DNA of 60,041 nucleotides from a virus (Duplodnaviria; Caudoviricetes): IMG/VR virus record IMGVR_UViG_3300036841_000070, positions 1 to 60,041 of that record; one strand, 5' to 3'. Shown piece by piece: positions 55,984 to 60,041 of this stretch (position 1 is its first letter; each line of letters starts with the position of its first letter). The notes under the pieces were generated by a model. It saw only the letters and a program-made list of their open reading frames with translations, ran no database searches and was not told where the DNA came from. The position numbers and the translations under genes were made by a program.

Positions 55984-56965
55984 CGAGTGTCTCGATCAAC
56001 TCCTGCGGCAGCTTCCACCACCACTCGTTGCCGCGCTTCACCGACTCAACCTCGGCTTCGGCCTTGGCCGCTTCCAAGGTGCGCTTCGTGATGCCGTAGT
56101 GCTTGGAGTCCTCGATGACTTCGGTCGCCCGCGCCTGGTGGTTGGGCGCGGCTCCGAGGTAGTCCACGAGGAACTCAAGCGCCTTCTCACGCTTCGTCGG
56201 CGGACGGCCCAACTTGCCTCCCCGACCTGGCTTGGCGAGCATGAGCATCGGGTCGAACCCTTCCTCAACTTCGCCGATGGTCGTGAGAAGCGGCTGCGGT
56301 CGCTCAATGCCCTCAACGTCGGCCTCGTCCATCTCGAACTCCAGAGGAAGCGGGTCGTCACGCAGCTGGCTCTTGACGCAGCACATAAGGATGCGATCCT
56401 TGTCCTCAGGGTCGCGCCCGACGATGTAGATCATACGTCCGGCGGCGGGCAGGCCAGAGCTTGCGCCGCCGATGGCGTTGAGCGGATGCGAGTTCTTCGC
56501 CACGTTCTTGATAACGTGATCGACGAGCACGAACGCACAGCCGGTTTCCTGCGCCAGCTTCTTCAGAGGGCGCGTGGCCTTGCGGATGCTGTCGCTCGTT
56601 CGCTTGACGCCCTCGCTCAGATGCTCGTTGACGGGGTCGCAGATGACGAGCTTGACCTTGTACTTCTCGATGTACTTCCGCATCCGCCCGATGTCCTCTG
56701 GGAACAACGGGTCGAAGTCATACTCGATCCGACGCTTGTTCGCGCCGATAGCCGTCAGGCGCGGGCCGAGCATGGTGCTGTCGATTTCCTCGGTCTGGCT
56801 AAGGACCACGACGCCCTTCTTTGCCACATCGGTGGCGATGCGAATGCCGAGCAGCGACTTGCCGCCACCCGGCCTCCCCGCTATGACGTGGACCGTACCC
56901 TCAAAGATACGGTCCTGCCATAGCGACTTGATGTTTTTGTTCTCAATCCTACTGGCTCTCGCCAT
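55970..56965 (-). CDS. AAA_25 / RecA-like helicase with C-terminal winged helix
   Basis: GRPGGGKS, LVICDP, LVDH..K, GG.S, VKS; second such helicase in the genome. Confidence 0.8.
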   Translation of the reverse strand: MARASRIENKNIKSLWQDRIFEGTVHVIAGRPGGGKSLLGIRIATDVAKKGVVVLSQTEEIDSTMLGPRLTAIGANKRRIEYDFDPLFPEDIGRMRKYIEKYKVKLVICDPVNEHLSEGVKRTSDSIRKATRPLKKLAQETGCAFVLVDHVIKNVAKNSHPLNAIGGASSGLPAAGRMIYIVGRDPEDKDRILMCCVKSQLRDDPLPLEFEMDEADVEGIERPQPLLTTIGEVEEGFDPMLMLAKPGRGGKLGRPPTKREKALEFLVDYLGAAPNHQARATEVIEDSKHYGITKRTLEAAKAEAEVESVKRGNEWWWKLPQELIETLDEGS

Positions 56966-57125
56966 ACCTTCTCCCTTCTGTGACGCTGGTTTGCAGTACC
57001 CACGGCAGATCGCCCACGGCGCGGACGAGCCGCTCGCTCAATATCGTAGCAAGTGCTAGCTCGCCCGCATCGCGGGCCAGACCGTTGTCTTTGACCTCAA
57101 CCTCAACGACGAACTTGAACCTCAC
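56949..57125 (-). CDS. Hypothetical protein
   Basis: GGAGGAGG RBS; GTGA overlap. Confidence 0.55.
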   Translation of the reverse strand: MRFKFVVEVEVKDNGLARDAGELALATILSERLVRAVGDLPWVLQTSVTEGRRYGESQ

Positions 57126-57343
57126 TCCTCCTCCGCGAACATCTTCTGGAAGCAAGGGTCGCAGGTGCCGCTGAGCATAAGCTCACGCCGCGCTGCTGAC
57201 TCGTTGGGCATGACGTCCTGAATCTTAGCGCCGTTGCGCCAGGCGATAAGCTGGTGCTGTTGCAGCACGATGGGCGGCTGCTCCTGCTCGCACATCGCGC
57301 AGGTCACCGTGACAGTGACCTTGTTGCGTCCGAAGTTGCTCAC
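57122..57343 (-). CDS. Small Zn-binding hypothetical protein
   Basis: CAMC...IQD..P...RE..SG.C..C..MF. Confidence 0.65.
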   Translation of the reverse strand: MSNFGRNKVTVTVTCAMCEQEQPPIVLQQHQLIAWRNGAKIQDVMPNESAARRELMLSGTCDPCFQKMFAEEE

Positions 57344-57507
57344 TTCGCCTCCTTGATAGCCTTGAGGACTTTGTTGCACTCGTCGCGCAATTCCTTGATC
57401 TGCGCGTCGGTGAGGTTTCCCTGGAGGATGAACATTCCGTTCTCCACTCCGAGGACGTTCCACGACCCGTTCACAGCGGTGGGTCCGTGAATGCTAATCG
57501 AGTTCAT
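57340..57507 (-). CDS. Hypothetical protein (55 aa)
   Basis: MNSISIHGPT...; AGGAGG RBS; overlaps neighbours. Confidence 0.55.
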   Translation of the reverse strand: MNSISIHGPTAVNGSWNVLGVENGMFILQGNLTDAQIKELRDECNKVLKAIKEAK

Positions 57508-57761
57508 GCGGTTTCCTCCTGTGTGAGATCGTCGAGCGCGTCCATAGCGCTCTGGTGCAGGCTGAAGCAGTGAGGCAGCGGCACGTGGTCGCTGCTGCCG
57601 ATCTGAAGGATGTAGAGCGGCTCCCAGGCCTCGGCGGCGTTGGGGTTGCTCGACTGACGGCAGACGATAGCCAAGTGCGGCGTGGCCATATTCATAACGG
57701 CGGCGACCGTCATCTCGCCAGTGCTCATATCCGGAATCCTGATTGCGGCGAATCCGTCCAT
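57504..57761 (-). CDS. Hypothetical protein
   Basis: AAGGGA RBS. Confidence 0.6.
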   Translation of the reverse strand: MDGFAAIRIPDMSTGEMTVAAVMNMATPHLAIVCRQSSNPNAAEAWEPLYILQIGSSDHVPLPHCFSLHQSAMDALDDLTQEETA

Positions 57762-57788
57762 ATTTAATCCCTTCGTTGTGGTTTACAT

Positions 57789-57868
57789 AGCGTGAACCGG
57801 GAATCGAACCCGGCGAACCGGCTCAAGGCGAGGAGATCAACTTACCTCCCCGCCCTGAGCCTCACGCT
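57789..57868 (-). ncRNA. Non-canonical tRNA-like element 2 (no anticodon arm)
   Basis: Acceptor GCGTGAG/TTCACGC, T arm CCGGG-TTCGATT-CCCGG, single long hairpin GCTCAGGGCGGGGAG/CTCCTCGCCTTGAGC. Confidence 0.55.
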
Positions 57869-58459
57869 TTTGACTTCCTTGATTGCCTTCATTGAGTCAC
57901 GCTTCGCACAAGACGGCCGCGCAGATGCGATCAAAGGCAGCGGCTCAAGGAGGTTCAATGTCGCACACAAATACTTGTCCGAGCCTGCGTTCAATCGCGG
58001 GCGCGTGCGCCTACACGTTAACAGGCATCCCGAGCGCCGGTCGTTCGGACACGGCGGGGGCCGGTTTGATCGGCCCGTTATTCGGGTCACGTTAGGCTAC
58101 CATCGTTCCATGCTTCGCTCGTCAAGTTGCTGCTTGATTTCTGATTGCTCGGTTTGCGAATTCATCGACGTTTCGGCAACTCCACGAACAGGCTTCGGTC
58201 CATGCTCGCGCGCTTACTAGCTTCATCCGCTCCGTTGCAATCCATCCTCAAGCACTCGGCTTGGGTCGGCTTGCACAGTCTGCGTCGCCATAGTGCGGTT
58301 CGGCTTCCCGGCTCAGCCTGCCGGTCTGCGGGGGTCCGAACAGTCCCCCTTGCCCCTCAACCGGTCATAGACTGATCCGGGAGGTCACCCTACACTTCGC
58401 TTGGTTACTCTGAACCTTTGTTTGCTGTCTGGTTCCGAGGCCCCGCGCTCCGCGCTCTA

Positions 58460-58488
58460 AGGGTAGCAGAGTCCGCGCCCGATTGCAA
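58460..58488 (-). promoter_or_regulatory. Sigma70/SigA-like leftward promoter
   Basis: TTGCAA-17 bp-TACCCT with TGn extension. Confidence 0.55.
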
Positions 58489-58545
58489 GCGACCGCGAGC
58501 AGAAATTTTCCTCATAGCGGCCTCATGTCGGGGAGGCAAAATGGC

Positions 58546-58584
58546 AAGGCCGCAGGGTCGGAGTTGCAACTCCGTTGCGGCCTT
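58546..58584. promoter_or_regulatory. Spaced palindrome copy E (AAGGCCGC-N23-GCGGCCTT)
   Basis: Perfect arms, 23-bp spacer. Confidence 0.6.
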
Positions 58585-58607
58585 CCCTCTCATCTCATAC
58601 CTTCAGC

Positions 58608-58640
58608 AAACTGAAAGGCCGCCCTTGAGCGGCCTTCCAG
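58608..58640 (-). terminator. Terminator-like hairpin
   Basis: AAGGCCGC-TCAAGG-GCGGCCTT then TCAGTTT, after the 58648 gene. Confidence 0.55.
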
Positions 58641-58647
58641 AATGCTG

Positions 58648-59088
58648 CTACGCTGCCTTTGGCTTCTTCTTCGTGGCCTTGCTGACCTGGGCCTGCGAGG
58701 GCATCCCTCGCACCACGCCGCTCTTTCTGGGGCGCGGCGGTCCCGTGCGCTTCTGGCGGCGACGGTTGGGCGCCGCCTTGGCGCGCGGCTGCACCGAGAT
58801 CAGGTCGTCGTCCGTCAAGACGAGTCTGATCGGCTTCGGCAGCATCCCGCTGTCCCACTTGATGATGAAGTCGTACACGTTCTTGGGCATCCTAAACGTG
58901 TACTTCATGTTGTCGCTGCGGCGGGAGTATCTGATCTCCTTGCGGTCGGTGTCCGCTTTGGGAAACAGAATCTCGCCTGGCTCGCTGAGGGCGAGGCAGT
59001 TGGCAGTCGGGCATTGCCCGGCGTGCCTTCTGACGTCATGCGGACTTATGTCGATCGTGACGTCGTGGATAGGGGGCTTCTTAGCCAT
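58648..59088 (-). CDS. Basic hypothetical protein
   Basis: Overlap-coupled; C..A..L motif; K/R-rich tail. Confidence 0.65.
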   Translation of the reverse strand: MAKKPPIHDVTIDISPHDVRRHAGQCPTANCLALSEPGEILFPKADTDRKEIRYSRRSDNMKYTFRMPKNVYDFIIKWDSGMLPKPIRLVLTDDDLISVQPRAKAAPNRRRQKRTGPPRPRKSGVVRGMPSQAQVSKATKKKPKAA

Positions 59089-59830
59089 CGAGTTGTTCGA
59101 GTCCCTTCTTGAGGATGGTGCGAAGGCGCGTCCTGTCCTTCTTGCCGATCTTGTACATGTCCGTTTCGAACAGGTACTTGAGCGCGCCTTCGATGGCGTC
59201 GATGTGCTGCTCTACTGTCGAGGTGACGCAGGATGCGTAGCTCTCGCGTAGCGTCTGGGATGCTTCCGGGTCGATGGGCTCGGGTTCGATGTCCTCCTGT
59301 TCGTAGTCGTCGTCCGGCTCGTCATCGTCCGGGATGGTGACGGGGCCGATGTTTCGGTAGAGCGCGCGGGCAACCTGTTCCTGGTCGGCCTTGGGCTTCT
59401 GGCGCAGGGCCTTGATGATGGCCTGCGTGCCTTCACCGCTTCGGTGGTCCCGGCGCTTGGTGCCGGTTTTGAGGGCGGCGTTCGCCTTTTCCAGATCGCC
59501 GTGCTTCTGGAGCAGGTCGATGTAGGTGCTAGGCGACACGTCGTCCAGACGGTTCGACGCGGTGTCCTTGGCGACCTTGCGTAGTGATCTTAGCCACTTT
59601 TCCGAGCGTCCGCGACGGCCTGCCAAATCGCTGATCGAAATCGGGCCTCCGGCGGCCGTATTAGTTGAGCGCCTGCCAGGTCGCTGCTCTGGCACATACT
59701 CCGCTAGCCAGTCCGCCATCTCCCAGAGTTCCGGAAGCGATACGTTCTCGATCCGGTCCTCCAGGTCGTCGTAGTCAGCTAGGAGCTGGTCCTTGAGACT
59801 TGGCTCCGGCTGCTTCTTGGCTACTGCCAT
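59081..59830 (-). CDS. Putative HTH DNA-binding protein
   Basis: ISISDLAGRRGRSEKWLRSLRKVA HTH-like; GAAAGGAG RBS. Confidence 0.6.
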   Translation of the reverse strand: MAVAKKQPEPSLKDQLLADYDDLEDRIENVSLPELWEMADWLAEYVPEQRPGRRSTNTAAGGPISISDLAGRRGRSEKWLRSLRKVAKDTASNRLDDVSPSTYIDLLQKHGDLEKANAALKTGTKRRDHRSGEGTQAIIKALRQKPKADQEQVARALYRNIGPVTIPDDDEPDDDYEQEDIEPEPIDPEASQTLRESYASCVTSTVEQHIDAIEGALKYLFETDMYKIGKKDRTRLRTILKKGLEQLDG

Positions 59831-59878
59831 ACTTCTCCTTTCAGCCCGTCCATCCAAAACGAGCATATAGGTGCGTAA

Positions 59879-59908
59879 AGCCTATCGCAAAACCGCTACC
59901 ATATGCAA
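59879..59908 (-). promoter_or_regulatory. Sigma70/SigA-like leftward promoter
   Basis: TTGCAT-18 bp-TAGGCT upstream of 59830. Confidence 0.55.
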
Positions 59909-60041
59909 GCGACTACGCAGAACCTTAATACAAGTGAGATCGGGGAGGCGTTTTGGAAATCGGTGATAGCAAGGCCGCAAGAACCGCGCGAGCACCTGCT
60001 TGCGGTCTTGCTCAGAACAAATGTCATATGTGTAATCCATG
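59894..60041 (+). repeat. Right copy of terminal direct repeat / circular overlap
   Basis: 148 bp matching 1-147. Confidence 0.95.

Noticed and set aside
55892-56923. 343-aa + strand ORF
   Set aside because: Antisense shadow of the AAA_25 helicase caused by GC-rich codon bias; no motifs
58489-58524. Sixth copy of the spaced palindrome
   Set aside because: Arms are degenerate and the spacer is 20 rather than 23 bp
1-60041. Integrase/lysogeny module, reverse transcriptase or DGR
   Set aside because: No tyrosine or serine recombinase, YxDD RT motif or TR/VR pair recognised by eye; absence needs confirmation by HMM search

Overview
Apparently complete ~59.9 kb dsDNA tailed phage genome; bases 1-147 recur at 59894-60041 with one homopolymer indel. 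It encodes a contractile tail (sheath, tube, baseplate J, gp25-like). The host is probably a GC-rich Gram-positive (Actinomycetota), inferred from an Rpf domain, an NlpC/P60 lysin, actinophage-type HNH/RuvC/ThyX and TANNNT promoters. The + arm (~0.2-36 kb) carries RuvC-like resolvase, a stand-alone secreted Rpf-like lytic transglycosylase, primase-helicase, terminase, lysis and collagen genes, portal, capsid and tail. The - arm (~36-59.9 kb) carries ThyX, glycosyltransferase, MazG-like, DnaE, DUF1599-like, HAD and flavoprotein genes (a putative DNA-modification cluster), SSB, AAA ATPase, Cas4-like nuclease, SNF2 helicase, a second RecA-like helicase and many small ORFs. No integrase was recognised. 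The most unusual signals are: (i) a self-contained gene cassette upstream of terminase, flanked by CTAG clusters and next to a palindromic putative packaging/terminus site, with no CCA/TGG for ~1.1 kb and almost all TG/CA restricted to TGC/GCA; (ii) two non-canonical tRNA-like RNAs; (iii) a dispersed AAGGCCGC-N23-GCGGCCTT palindrome family; (iv) a dispersed 28-bp AT-rich motif; (v) a probable AUU-initiated flavoprotein. All function calls come from motif recognition by eye; no searches were run.
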